Origin: the human T2T-CHM13v2.0 reference genome, Homo sapiens
Reading direction: 5' to 3' (one strand)
DNA: 64,000 nt
Assembly (NCBI RefSeq): GCF_009914755.1
Contig: NC_060936.1
Positions 16,674 through 32,230 of this stretch are shown here, one piece after another (positions within the stretch are counted from its first letter, which is position 1; each line of letters starts with the position of its first letter). Below the pieces are notes generated by a model. That model searched no databases, was not told the DNA's origin, and was given only the letters and a program-made list of their open reading frames with translations. The position numbers and the translations under genes were made by a program.

Positions 16674-17319
16674 CTACTTCCTTATGACTGTGAGTAGGCT
16701 TAAAAAAAAAAAAAAAAAAAAAAAAAAAGCAAAACATACTACTGTGTATCTCCAGGGTAAGTACAAGCTCTACTACTCCAGGCCATATCCACCATAGGAC
16801 TTGTGTACAGCAGCATTAAAAAAACAAATATTTAAGCCCAGGATTCTGAGGTGATACCATGCTATAAGCAGGAAAATAAGTAAGATCAAAAGTTAGAAAA
16901 TCAAAGATCCAACAAAGCTTTGGTGGAGTGCTACCTTCTAGCTATTGGCTGGCAACAAAGATTTCTCAGTGTAGAAGTTAGATAATACTGAGATTCCAAG
17001 GAAATCTTAGACACAAGAGGTTAGCTGGTAAAAGGCAATGCTTGCAAAATTTACAATTTTAGAGCTGGAAAAACCTTAGATATCACCTAGTCCATCCCTC
17101 TGGTTTACATATAATGAGGAGAGGGAAGAAGAAGAGAATCAACCCGAGCCCTCCAAATCCTCTTTGGAGTATGAAACCCTGACTAAGCAGTACCAGTAAT
17201 AGCAGAAGAAGCAGAGATGACAGTTACTGTACTCCACTCACTCCATTTTTGTATCCCTGAACTATATCACATCTAATCTGTGAGTTCTAAGTAGCTGATT
17301 CACATTAAAGAAAAAGGCA

Positions 17320-17524
17320 TCCTACAACTCAACAACAAAAAACTCAAATAATCCAATTTTTAAATGGGCAAAGGACTGGAATAAACATTTCTCCCAAGAT
17401 GATATATAAATGGCCAACTATTTGAAAAGATGCTGAACATCACCAATCACCAGAGAAATGTGAATCAAAACCACAATGAGGTATCACGTCACACCCATTA
17501 GGACAGCTAAAAACAACAAGTGTT
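17320..17524 (+). mobile_element. L1M ORF2 3' fragment
   Basis: TACAACTCAACAACAAAA...AAATGGGCAAAGGAC...TCAAAACCACAATGAGGTATCAC. Confidence 0.75.
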
Positions 17525-17906
<382 letters not shown>

Positions 17907-19180
17907 CTAAAGGTGTCAAGAACTGCTCCAGGATACTATCTTCCTTCTCCCAAACCATCCTACAGAAGCGGCCAGCTAACATACTGCTCTTAGAGTAAGC
18001 AGGGCAGGTCTGCAATCGTGGAGAAAAGGGGAAATCATCAGGAGGGGATTTCAAGTGGGTTGTCCTCCACTTCTAATCATGATCATGACTTTATCCCTCA
18101 GCCTATGAAAAGCAGAGACTAGGGTGACAGACCCCAAGCTGAAAAACCCCTAGGGCAAAAAAATGAGAACACTGTACTGAGTGTACTTTAATTACAGACA
18201 ATACACACATATGTATATCTTTCTCTATTAAAATAAAAATACAATTAGTCTTTCATTTTCAATGAAATATGAGTAACTGCCCAAAACCCAAAACCTAATT
18301 TTAGCTTTAGCCTCTTTACCATCGACATCATTATTAGGGATACAACCCAGTCATCAAGATGACTGAAAAAGTGGCACTGCTGCTTTCCCCTGTGTAACTG
18401 AATACACAATTCCTACTAACAGAAATGGAATACTGGTAAGTTGCTAAAAGGCAGACTATCTAGTATAGTTATTTTAACCGTGTTTTGATGGAAATCCTTC
18501 AATTATATGTGCATCTCCATGACTCCTGTTGCACCCACCCCCGCACTTCCCTAGTCCCATTCTTCCAGGCCCAGCACATGGGGGAGCCCAGCTGATCCTG
18601 GAGTCTTCCTCCGTGCCCTCCATGCTTAGCTCCACTCTCTGTCCACAGCCTCATTTTGCCTATAGCTATTTCCATAATCACTAATGCCTACTCCATTCAC
18701 TCTTACCATTCTTCTTTCATTTATCTTCTGCCATCCCTTAGCTCTCCCAAAAGAAAAAAATAACAGTCTCCCCACCTGGATGAAACAAATGACTGCCAAG
18801 AGCAGTCCGTTCTCCTCTCACATATGTTACCATCTCTCCCATTCTGTCATTCAAGAAAAAAAATAACTCAGTACCCTGGATTTTGAATACAATAAGTAAG
18901 TATGAACAGATATGTGTGTATATATGTGGCCACAGTGCTTTTTTATTAAAAAAAAAAAATAGGGAGAGCAAATTTTCACTTTTTTATGTTATAAAGTGCT
19001 CTCACTGACTCTTCCCTTCTGTCTACCCTTTATCCAACACGCTCTGATGTTATATGACCTTCCACCCATAATAGTATCTGGCCACATGGCTCATCCTACA
19101 CACTAACATAGTCCCTTCTCCCTGACAAATTCATCAACTAAGATGGACATGTTACTTTATTGATTTAGATGCGTGTATCA

Positions 19181-19476
<296 letters not shown>

Positions 19477-19752
19477 CTAAAAAGATGTCAGCACATGGTA
19501 CTAGTTTACACCAGCAGTTTTCAAAGTGTGATCCAGAGATGAGGAAGGAACCCCTTCAAGGGATCTATAAAACTATTTTTGATAATATGAAGATGTTATC
19601 TGTCTTTTTCACTTTCATTCCCTCATGAGTGTACAACAGTGGGTCGAGGATGCACGGTATGTGGTGATGATGTATCTATCACTCTGACAGCTAAGAAAAC
19701 ATATACTTGTATATTCTTTACTGCCTATCATTTTTTAAAAACCCAGTTTCAC

Positions 19753-20072
19753 CCATCATTCTCAGCAAAGTAACACAGGAACAGAAAACCAAATAGCACA
19801 TGTTCTCACTCATAAGTGAGAGTTGAACAATGAGAACACATGGACACTGGGAGGGGAACATCACACGCTGGGGTCTGTTGGGAGGGAAACATCACACGCT
19901 GGGGTCTGTTGGGGATTGGGAGGATAGAGGAGGGATAGCATTAGGAGAAATACCTAATGTAGATGACGGGCTGATGGGTGCAGCAAACCACCATGGCATG
20001 TGTATACCTGTGTAACAAACCTGCACGTGCTGCACATGTACCCCAAAACTTAAAGTATAATTAAAAAAAAAA
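19753..20072 (+). mobile_element. 5'-truncated L1PA 3' end
   Basis: CATCATTCTCAGCAA...GGATAGCATTAGGAGAAATACCTAATGTAG...AACTTAAAGTATAA + A-tail; TSD AAAAACCCAGTTTCAC/AAAAAGCCAGTCTCAC. Confidence 0.9.
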
Positions 20073-20390
20073 GCCAGTCTCACTTAACAACATCCTTGAT
20101 AAAATAATAAAAGGTATTAATTTTTAAAACGTCAACTCTTGAGAACTTGGCCTTTTTCATATTCTGTATGATGAAATAGGAAGCACACATAAAGCATTTC
20201 TGCTGCATACCTAAGTATAATGATTATCTTGGGGAAAAGCATTTATACAATTTTTTTTTTTCATAGGACACCATTTTTGCTTTTTTGACTAGCAGACAAT
20301 TTACACTTATTCAGACTTTGGTATCTGGCAGACATTTTCTCTAAAATGAATAAAGTGAACCTGTCACTTTAAGAAAAACCGGCAATATTG

Positions 20391-20650
20391 GGCTGCTGGC
20401 CGTGGCTCACACCTGTAACCCCAGCACCTCGGGAAGCCTAGGCAGGCAGATCACTTGAGGCCAGGAGTTCAAGACCAGCCTAACCAACATGGCGAAACCC
20501 CCATCTCTACTAAAAATACAAAAAAAATCAGCCAGGCGTGGTGGTGCGTGTAATCTGAGCTAGGCAGAGGTTGCAGTGAGCCAAGATCACACCACTGTAC
20601 TCTAGCCTGGGCGACAGAGGGAGACTGTATTAAAAAAAAAAAAAAAAAAA
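20391..20650 (+). mobile_element. AluS with internal deletion
   Basis: Alu motifs, right monomer shortened. Confidence 0.82.
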
Positions 20651-20818
20651 TGGGCACTATCTGTTGCCAATGATATAAATTAAGCTTTCAAGAGAAAACT
20701 GGTATTTTGGAAAACTTGAATTCGCCACCAAGATCTTGACCACTTCCCAATTCTTAAAGATTTTTTGGATGAGACTGATGGTGATATTAATGACTGTGAT
20801 TTGCTTAATATTGTATAA

Positions 20819-21162
<344 letters not shown>

Positions 21163-21321
21163 AGCTTAGTAAACCATTATTTTTTGAATGATCAATGTAT
21201 GCAGTTACAAAATCACACACAGGTCAAAGATCCATTCAAAGTGCAAGATGGACCAGTGGATTTTAATGTTACAGAGTACACAAAATTCACTGACATGGCT
21301 TCAGATTCAGCAGTGCAACTA

Positions 21322-21639
<318 letters not shown>

Positions 21640-21864
21640 GCATTTACCAATTGTTGAATTTTGGTGTAACAAAAATATTCACAATTATATGAAAAGACTA
21701 TGAAAATACCCCACCCTTCTTCAACTATGTATCCGTGTGCAGCCAGGTTTTCTTCACGTATTTCAACCAAAACAACATATCACAACAGATTGAATACAGG
21801 AGCAATTATGCAAACCCAGCTATCTTCTATAAAGAAATATACTAAAGAGAATGGCAAAACGTAA

Positions 21865-22251
<387 letters not shown>

Positions 22252-22479
22252 TAATGTTTGTTATTTTTTAAATAAATAAATATTTTAAACATTTTTCAGT
22301 TTTAATTTCTAATGTTAAGTATGGACAGACATAGTCTATATAAACAAAAGATTTTTGGGGTCCTCAGAAATTTTTAAGAGTATAAATGTGTCCTGAGACC
22401 AAAATGTTTGAAAACCATTAGTTTATAGTACCACAAAAAAATAGCACTTTTAAGTATATGTATACAAGAGAATGGACAC

Positions 22480-22670
22480 CTGAATATGAATCAGAAGATC
22501 TTGGCTCCAATTCTAGCACCACTTCTTACTTGCTTTAGGATTTCAATAAATTACTTCATCTCTCTAAGGCCTTAGTTTCCTCATCTGTAAAATGGGTAAC
22601 TCATGTCTTCCAAGGATAAAAGAGACAAAATATGTAAAAGCAATTTATAAACTACAAGGTACACTATTAT
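22480..22670 (+). mobile_element. MIR
   Basis: Core CTCTAAGGCCTTAGTTTCCTCATCTGTAAAATGGG. Confidence 0.7.
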
Positions 22671-22713
22671 TACAAGATCTCAAAGTTAAGCATTTTAAAC
22701 ACTTCTTATGATG

Positions 22714-23005
22714 TTTTGTTTCTTTGTTTTTGAAACAGGGTCTCACTCTGTTGCCCAGGCTGGAGTGCACTGGCACTAACATGGCTTACTGCAGCCTTGA
22801 CCTGCCAGGCTCAGGTGATCCTCCTACCTGAGCCCCACGAGTGGCTGGGACTACAGGTGTGCACCATCACACCCAGCCAATTTTTTGTATTTTTTGTGGC
22901 GACAAGGTTTCACCATGTTGCCCAGGCTGGTCTACTCCTGACCTCAAGTGATCCGCCCACCTCCCCAAGTGCTGGGATTACAGGCATGAGCCACCATGCC
23001 TGGCC
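22714..23005 (-). mobile_element. AluJ
   Basis: Antisense dimer. Confidence 0.85.
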
Positions 23006-23055
23006 TCTTACGATGTGTCTATGAAATTTTCCTTATTCTTAAAATTTTATTACTA

Positions 23056-23417
<362 letters not shown>

Positions 23418-23439
23418 TTAGCTCAAATGTCCAAGCATA

Positions 23440-23580
23440 TAATTTTACTTTATTTTATTTTGCAGAGACAGAGTCTCACCATGCTACCTAAGCTGGTCTC
23501 AAACTCCTGACCTCAAGCGATCCTCCCACCTCAGCCTCCCAAAGTACTGGATCATAAGAATGAACCCTCATACCCAACCC
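23440..23580 (-). mobile_element. Alu left monomer / FLAM
   Basis: Single antisense monomer. Confidence 0.75.
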
Positions 23581-24931
23581 AACAACACAATTTTATTGCA
23601 TTTAATTTCTTACCCTACAGTTATAATTGGTTATATATTTTAAATCATTATTAGGGACATTTCCAAATATACACAAATGTAAAAAAAATAACAAACTCCA
23701 ACTTACCCATTACTCAGCTTCAACAATTTTCAAAAATTTATCAATACTCTTTTATTCATTTCCCACTTCTGTGTGTTTGTGCCCATCCTGAAGTTTTTTA
23801 AAATGAACATTTCGCATCATTTTATTCTGCCTGTAAGTACATCCATATGTATTTTTAACACATGAAAATATTTTAACATAACCACAATATGACTATTATA
23901 GCTGAAAACATTATGGTTGTAACTATTAAATATCACCTAATATATATTCCATTTTCAAGTTTCCCAACTGTCTCAATTAAAAAAAAAAAGTCTTTGTTAG
24001 TTTTTGGTTGGTGGGTATTATCAAAATATCATTCTTACCAATTCTTTCTCAAGTCAACCCAAGATGTTTAACTAAAGCTACGAAGGAAGAGGAAATAATA
24101 CTATGCTTCATATACCATGTACAGTTTACAAAACAAGTCAAGAACTATCTTCTCGAGGAATTTTCTTTTCCACCAACCAAACAATAACAACAAAAACCAA
24201 GCAACAACAACAAATAAACCCACTACAAAATAAGCCAGCATGGCAATACATATACCTTAGTATTCTGAGAAGTGATCCAAAGAGCACACAGCTCAGCTGC
24301 TCGGGAAGAGAAGGAGCTGTTACACTGTGAGCCGAAAAAGGTGACTGGAAACAACCACCCATCATTTTGGAAAAGAAGAAGTCAGGTCAGCCACAGGGTC
24401 AAAGCTGGAGGTGAGGTCAGAGACCCCGTTCTAGAGTGAGCACATGGCTCAAATAAGAGTCCATGCCCAAGACTATAAGTCAACCCCTTGCAAACTGCAA
24501 CTCAAAGCTCAAAACACAGTGCTCTAAGCTAGAGATATAATGGAACGGCTATAAAAAGCAACAGGTGTAAGAACTGACTGAAATTATTTGACAAACATTT
24601 GTCAAAAGCCTACTCTACTATCCTGGGATATAAACTGTGTATTTAAAAACTAGTACAACGCACACTGTAAGTAGCATATACTTCTCTACACATCTTTCCC
24701 CATTTATTTTAAGAGAAATAATGGATATATTAAATATTAATTATCTTGCCATACCATTACATCTTTTTTCTATAAACGCAATTTGCCCCACCCCAACATA
24801 CATAGACATTAAAACAAACCTGAATTCTTCTGTCTTTCCCAAATATTTTTGAGGAGTACAAGTCAGATTAACTTTTATTACACATACCACAGACCCACAG
24901 CATTTATAGCTGTAATTCTTTTCTAAATTAA

Positions 24932-25233
24932 GGCCAAGCATGGTGGCTCACACCTGTAATCCCAATGCTTTGGGACGCCGAGGTGGGAGGATTGATTGAG
25001 CCCAGGAGTTCAAGACTAGCTGGGCAACATAGCAAGACCCTGTCTCTACACAAAATAAAAAATTAGCTAGGTATAGTTGCACATGCCTATAGTCCTAGCT
25101 ATTTGGGAGGCTGAGGTGGGAGAATCCCTTGAACCGAGGAAGTCAAGGATGTAGTGAGCTGTGATGACACCACTGCACTCCAGCTTGGGCGACAGAGTAA
25201 GACCATGTCTCAAAAAAATAAAAATTAAATAAA
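24932..25233 (+). mobile_element. AluJ
   Basis: Diverged dimer. Confidence 0.85.
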
Positions 25234-25447
25234 TTAAGCATTTAGTTTAGGAGGAAATCAAGAGAGCACTAAAGAATTTCCTACCTTGTATTAAAATTGT
25301 TTCCCATAGGTTTATCTCAAGTATTTTGTAGATGAAAATTGGTTAGGTGCATACAGAATAATTCTTGAGGGATTTGGTTCTATAGACACACTTAATATCA
25401 ACACTTTTTAAAATCCTTTACCTCAATTTCACCTATAAAAAAGTTTT

Positions 25448-25763
25448 GCTGGTCACAGTGGCTTGTGCCTGTAATCCTAGCACTTTGGGAGACTAAGGCA
25501 GGAAGACTGCTTGAAGCCAGGAGTTTAAGACCAGCCTGGGCAACAAAGTGAGACCCCCATCTCTATAAAAATAATAAAAATAAATAATAATAATTAGCCG
25601 GGTGTGGTGGCATGCACCACCTGTGGTCTCAGCTACTTGGGAGGCTGAGGCAGGAGGACTGCTTGAGCCCAGGAGTTTGAGACTACAGTGAGCTATGATT
25701 GCTCTATTGCACTTCAGCCTGTGTGACAGAGACAGACCCCATCTTTAATTAAAAAAAAAAAAA
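25448..25763 (+). mobile_element. AluJ
   Basis: Diverged dimer. Confidence 0.85.
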
Positions 25764-26323
25764 TTAAAAACTGCAAAAAGAGTGAAGGGCACATATTTCT
25801 TAAAGAATGCTTCAGAAGAACAAAATGTGCCCCAAAACATGAAATAGCTCCTGATAATATCAGTTTTTAGTTGACCACTATGAAGGACATCTTCTAAACA
25901 ATAACAAAACAAACCTGGCAGTCCAATAACTACAGGAAAGATCAAGACTTCCCCATTTTGGAACATCTTTGCTTCAGGTTTTTACTTTTTGTAGTAATAC
26001 AGGAACAATATGCCATAGGGACAAGAGTTGAACAGGTGTCATCCCTTACCCTATTTTACCTATTGGTAATTAAGCCTAACAGTTTATTGTCTGTACATCT
26101 TTTCTTTTGTATGTTCCCATACAAAACAATCTTTGGAATTTAGCTTCACTTTATGACACTATGGTGATTATTGTTCCTAACAGAGAGTCTAACCTAAGAA
26201 TATAGCCCAATACGTGAAAAAGCTAACTGAACAGTAAACAATGACATTAATCTCATTGTAAAAAAACATGAGATTCTTAGCAAATGGCAGCAAAAGAACT
26301 GTGGATACATTAACAAGGCATTA

Positions 26324-26677
<354 letters not shown>

Positions 26678-27508
26678 TCACATAGGTTTCTTTTTCTTTA
26701 ATTCACATTTCTTTTTTTAAAAACTGGTTAATGTGTAGATTTTTATTCAAATTCATTTGGACTGCACATGAATATTAAAAAGTTATAACATGAAGACTGT
26801 TCATTAGACTATCATAGGCAAAGCAAGTGATTCACAGAATAAGTGCAATTTATCGACCCTGATCATTACCTTTACTACCGACCACTATTTAACATCACTT
26901 TTTTAATGTACTGTTTACTTGTTTACTGTCTTTGTTTATTGTCCTGTCTTCTCCCACTAGAATATAAGTTACGTAAGGGCAAAAACTTTCTCTTATTTTC
27001 CACTGTATGGCCAGGGTCTAGCACTTGGTAGAGGATCAGCATAAATTTGCTGAATGAGATGGGTGAATACCTTCCGCCTTTCGCCTCCCCCACTTCCCTC
27101 TCTCCATACACATGTTAACCAATCTTTAAGGCCAGGGTCAAATTCTATTATCTCTATGAAGATTACCTCCCTGAGCCCTCTTTCTCTTTTGTACCTGAAT
27201 TTGGCACTTGCCAGCTGTCTGGTAATTATCTTTGCATATGTATGTATCTCCCTTAAAATTCTTATAATCCTGTTCTCCATAACATGGGCCAGTGTCCCCA
27301 ACTTTTGGAATCCATCTCAGCACATGTAAACAGCATACTGCTAACAAATGTTTTGCTTGATTCCTATCAGTAGTTAATCCAGAAATTCAGTTAATAATTT
27401 CAGTTTATAATGTATCCCTCCCTTTCAAATAACTCAAAATAGGCCATGATATTACAGCGAATCCCTCTTTTTATTTCTGACAATTTTAAATTTTACATTC
27501 TCATATAA

Positions 27509-27850
<342 letters not shown>

Positions 27851-30117
27851 TACATTTTTTAATGTAATAAAAAAATCTTGTGACTTTGTGGCAATACCTA
27901 TAATGATGTTTCTAACCCCAGTCAAGAAGGGCGTGAAGTTTCATTCCTCTCTCTTGTTGGTGAGGTATCAGAGGGCATTTTTCCACTTATTCCTCTTTCC
28001 TTTCATGGCAAGATGTATTCTGTTCCCTTCCTTACTGATCATACTCCTGGCAAGCTTTTATTATTTCTTTGTACCTGTCCAAGGTAATCTGTCTTACATC
28101 CTTCTTTTGAGCCACTGTTTCCTCCAGTTATTTATTTGATTAAAATTCTAACTCCCTGTCTCAATCCATTTGTGTAGAAGAACCAGCTCTTCTTAAAGCC
28201 TGAGCCTGCTTCTTTAAATTCGGCCAACCTTTATGAACCTCTCTTCACACAGCCAACCCTTGATCATCAAGGATAATGAAATGCATACAAATAACAGATT
28301 GTCTACAACACAAGAAAATCAGAAAAAAAAAATTGACATCTGGCTTTGGAATTTATCATATGTAGCTTTGGGCAAGACTTATTTTCCTAATTATGTTTTT
28401 GTTTAAGCCAACATTCGGATTTTCTTTTATGATGGTGAATATCTCCGTTTTAAATGATCAGTAAATTTCTTTTAAAGCCAATCAAGCACCAACTATGGTT
28501 TTTCCTGTGAAATCTTTTTAACTAGTTTCTTTCATCTGTTGAAATCTGTCATAAAATCTGTTTTATTTCCTCTAAGTTATCTCCTTATTTTCTTGGGATT
28601 CTGATCCAAATCAGTTCACCCTATATTAATTTACTTCTTCAAATTAAAGTACCTTTTGCTTGAGAACTTAATGCATTTTAAAAACACTGAATGTCCAGTG
28701 AAATTTTTAGTTCAGGTAACACGAAGTAGAAAATTATTTTTGTCTAGGAAAACTTGGGAGTTCTAGGATAAATTATTACACTGGTAATTCTAGCAAATTA
28801 TATTTAGTAGGATTTTTAGGATTAGCTGAAAATTGAAAAAATTTAATACTGGACAGCTATATAAGTCTGCTTCATCAATATATTAATCCCATATGCTAAA
28901 CACTGTATGAAATTAAATTCCCAGTCCAGGCATTTACAGAAAATAGCATCAAAACACACTAACACATAAATCCTGCCTCTTATTCTGATCCCTACCTAAA
29001 CTCTGCAACCTTCTCACACCTACTCTTCCCCCCTCCCATCTCAGCCTCACTTCCACTCTCAACTGTCCCACAAATAATTTTTAAACGTGTAGGAAAAAGG
29101 AAAAGAACCGGGGTAACAGTGTCTCCTCTTTTACTGCCTTCTCAGTTACTGCCATTAAGCTTTTGGCCCAAAGACTCCAATCCCCAATTTTACATGTCTA
29201 TTTTTATTTTATAGGTACACACTTACAATCACCAAACTGAACGAAAGGATAGGGCATTCTAAATTGAAAAAGGAGCAAAACTGGATAATTCTGCAGTTCT
29301 GTTCCTAGCCCCCTCCATAATCATGCACTATGATCATTTGGCACTATAATCAAGCCAAATGAGATATTGTACTTTGAGTTGCTGATATAGCAGAGGTTAA
29401 TACTAAAAAAGAAAAAAAAAATTAATTACCACAGTTTACATTTTTTATCTGAATGTACATTTATAGTACTTGAACCGAGTTATTTTCAAAACACTATTCA
29501 CACTAACAAAATTCAAAATAAATTCATTTCTAATTTTTCCCCCATGTAGAATTTTGATAAGTGCAAAAATTATTTTACCTAAAATCCAACTCTTGGGCTG
29601 GTGTTATTTAGCCTATATTTTTACATAAGACTGTAAATGTTAGCCAAATTAAAAAAAATTTTAATGCAACTTTCCACATTGTCTTCAAACTCAGTAAATT
29701 CCACAATTTTAAAAAACAAAAACCTTTCACCGTGCCTACTCACATTTTTACTAAAATCCCTACACAGAGCCATACATTCTGCTTTTCATTTTACTTCTCC
29801 AAGCTGCTGCCTTCACCAAATAGACTCCACGAGCCTCCCAAGTGGTATCCACCAATATATGTGATACTCAAGGAAAAGTAGGTATTAAAGAGTAATTAAT
29901 TCAATTGGTACGAAATCTTTTCTTTTAAAATTTTACCTTAACTTTAAAAAGCCCTTTTCTTGATGGAGGTGAAACAGCATAAATCCTTTGAGGAAACGGT
30001 TATCCTTTACGTGGACTCTCCATCAGCCCCATAAGGTGAGTGGCATAAAGAGGCATTTTTCTGACAGTCTCAGTTCCCCAAACACTAGTCCTAAACTTTT
30101 GCATGGATGGTAAATTT

Positions 30118-30137
30118 CACACACACACACACACACA
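30118..30137. repeat. (CA)n microsatellite, ~10 units
   Basis: CACACACACACACACACACA. Confidence 0.9.
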
Positions 30138-30170
30138 GAGGCGGAAAAGAAAGAAGAGAAAGAAACATAC

Positions 30171-30267
30171 CTGGTTTATTTTCTAAACAGGTTTGATAGG
30201 TTTGGTTCACTTGAAAGAGCAGAGTATTTACTTATAATCTTTTAAAACAGAAGTGGGAGCCAGAGCG
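30171..30267 (-). other. Candidate 97-nt non-coding 5'UTR exon of the minus-strand gene
   Basis: Acceptor TTTTTATTTACCCAG| and donor CAG|GTATGT on the minus strand, ~1 kb below the first-exon donor; no ATG in exon. Confidence 0.55.
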
Positions 30268-30859
30268 CTGGGTAAATAAAAACTTCAGAGAGTTTTAAAA
30301 CCCTGCATCTTAACTCACTTCCCTTTGGTTCAAGGGGATGGCACAGCAAACCCCACGGCAAATGAGATTATGCAACAGGTTTTTTTCCTCCCCAGCTTAT
30401 TCATCACAGGCTGGTTAGAGGTGTGCTTTCTCCAATCTGAGACACCCACGACTTCAAAACGCCAAGAATCCTTGCAGTTGATGTTTCCTAAACTTCTTTA
30501 GGATTTTGCAGTATCCATTCATTTTCAGATCTACTTGCCTTTTCTCTGGTTCATTATTGGTATTCTTTAGGAAATAAACCCAGCATCTGAAAATATTTCC
30601 CTCTGTGGTGTTTCATTACATGAAACTACACGTGATACACAGACCCTGGGCTTTTTTATTTCTCACGTTTTGCAGCTAGTGTAAATAAAGAAGTCACTAG
30701 GCGTCGGGCCCCCCAACGCCAAGACCCGAGCCCCTGTCCGAAAATTGAGGGCTTTTTCGGTTGGTTGGTTGAAGAAAGCAGCACCGTCACCACCCAGGTG
30801 GCCTCGCTGCTTACACCAAAGGCGAACTGGGGATAATGGGAACAGTCAGGCCAGGGCCC

Positions 30860-32230
30860 CACTTGGCAGGCGTGTTGTGTAACAGTCGCGCCTGGAAGTG
30901 AGCAGCTTCGCCCGCAAAGGTGCCGCGTCCCGCGGCGGCCGCTCCTCTCGGCGGGGCCCGGTCCAAGCGCCGCGCAGCGGCCGGGAGCGCACCCACTGCG
31001 ACCCCGCGCCCGGCCGCACGCCCCCTTCCCGCTCCGGCCAGCCTCCGGCCAGGCCTACACCCCCGCTTCAAACGCTCCTGCGGCCCCCGGCCGCGGTCGC
31101 CCCCACGCCGCCTCCCGAAAGGGTGGCCGGTACGCCCGGGAAGGCAGAGACGGCGGGGCTGGAGCGCGGCGCCCGGCACCGGGAGTCGGGGCGCGCTGCG
31201 GAGCGTCCATGCGGCCGGGCGGGAGGGCGCCCCGGGCCCCGCACCCTCCCGCCCGCACACCCCGCGCGGCCCGCCAAGGCCACTTACTTTTGGGGCCGCC
31301 GACCTCCCAATTCCCTCAGAGGGAAACGAAAGTTGTCACGGCGTCTCCCCTCGGGCCCCCCTCGCCTCCCGGACTTGCGAGGCGCCGCCGCGGAGCCGAG
31401 AGGGCGGCTGCGCTCCCGCTCGCGTCCCGTCCCGTCGCTCTCCTCCTCCTCTTCTTTTCAGTATATTATCTTCTCCTTCTCTGAGGGGTGGGTTGGGGCG
31501 GGAGGCTTAGGAAGAGAGGAGACGCTCGCAACTTTTCTTCACTCTTTCTCTTCCACCCTCCCCCCCATCAGCCTTCAAAAAAAATGTCGAAAGAGATGAA
31601 GAACTTAGGGAGGTAAAGGTGGGGGGCCGCGTTGTGAAAGTGGGGGTTGGGGGGGAGAGAGAGGTGGTAATAATCGTTTAAAAACTGATTAAAGCCCCCC
31701 AAACACTGATACATAGAAAGAGGGGGAAAGGCGGGGGGGTGGGGTGGGGGGTTGGGGGAAAGAGAAAGAGTCGCTGGTCAGGAAACTTCAAGCGCGGATG
31801 AGGTCATTGGTTTAAAAATAAAGAGATGGCGTCACTTGAAACCAATCCCAGTGAATGAACTCAGCGGAGCCCCGGGGAAAGGAGGAGACAGGCGAGGGCA
31901 GGGCGGTGGGCGCCGGGCGGGGCCGCGCGCTCGCCCATCCCGCGGCCGCCCGAGCCCGGAGCGCGGCTCCGCGCCTCGTTCCGGCCGCTCGGGGAGGGGT
32001 CAGGTCATGTTCCCTTCCAGAGTCCGGCGACTCTGAGGCAGGTTCCGCGGGCGCCGCTGGGAGGAGCCGGAGCTGCCGGAGGAGGCGGCCCCGCGGCCTC
32101 CTCCCCCACCTCTCCCTCCTCCTCCTCCTCCTCCCGCGCCCGCGCGCCCGCCCCCTACCCCCGGGCTCGCGGCCCCGACCCCCGGGCCGGGGTGTCCGCC
32201 TCCAGTGCTGCGCCCCAACAGGTATCGGAG
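30860..32230. promoter_or_regulatory. CpG-island promoter (two GC/CpG-dense lobes flanking a purine/G-tract core)
   Basis: Dense CpG at 30860-31440 and 31860-32220; GC box GGGGCGGGA near 31495; CCAAT boxes at 31806-31810 (ATTGG) and 31842-31846; YY1/CRE-like GATGGCGTCA at 31825-31834. Confidence 0.92.
31288..31540 (-). other. Non-coding first exon of an unidentified minus-strand gene (5' end approximate)
   Basis: Consensus donor AAA|GTAAGTG (plus strand CACTTAC 31281-31287) inside the CpG island, followed by a GC-rich intron start. Confidence 0.7.

Noticed and set aside
31288-31540. Assigning a gene symbol to the minus-strand gene
   Set aside because: No coding exon is in the window and I do not recognise the UTR with confidence; a BLAT search would settle it.
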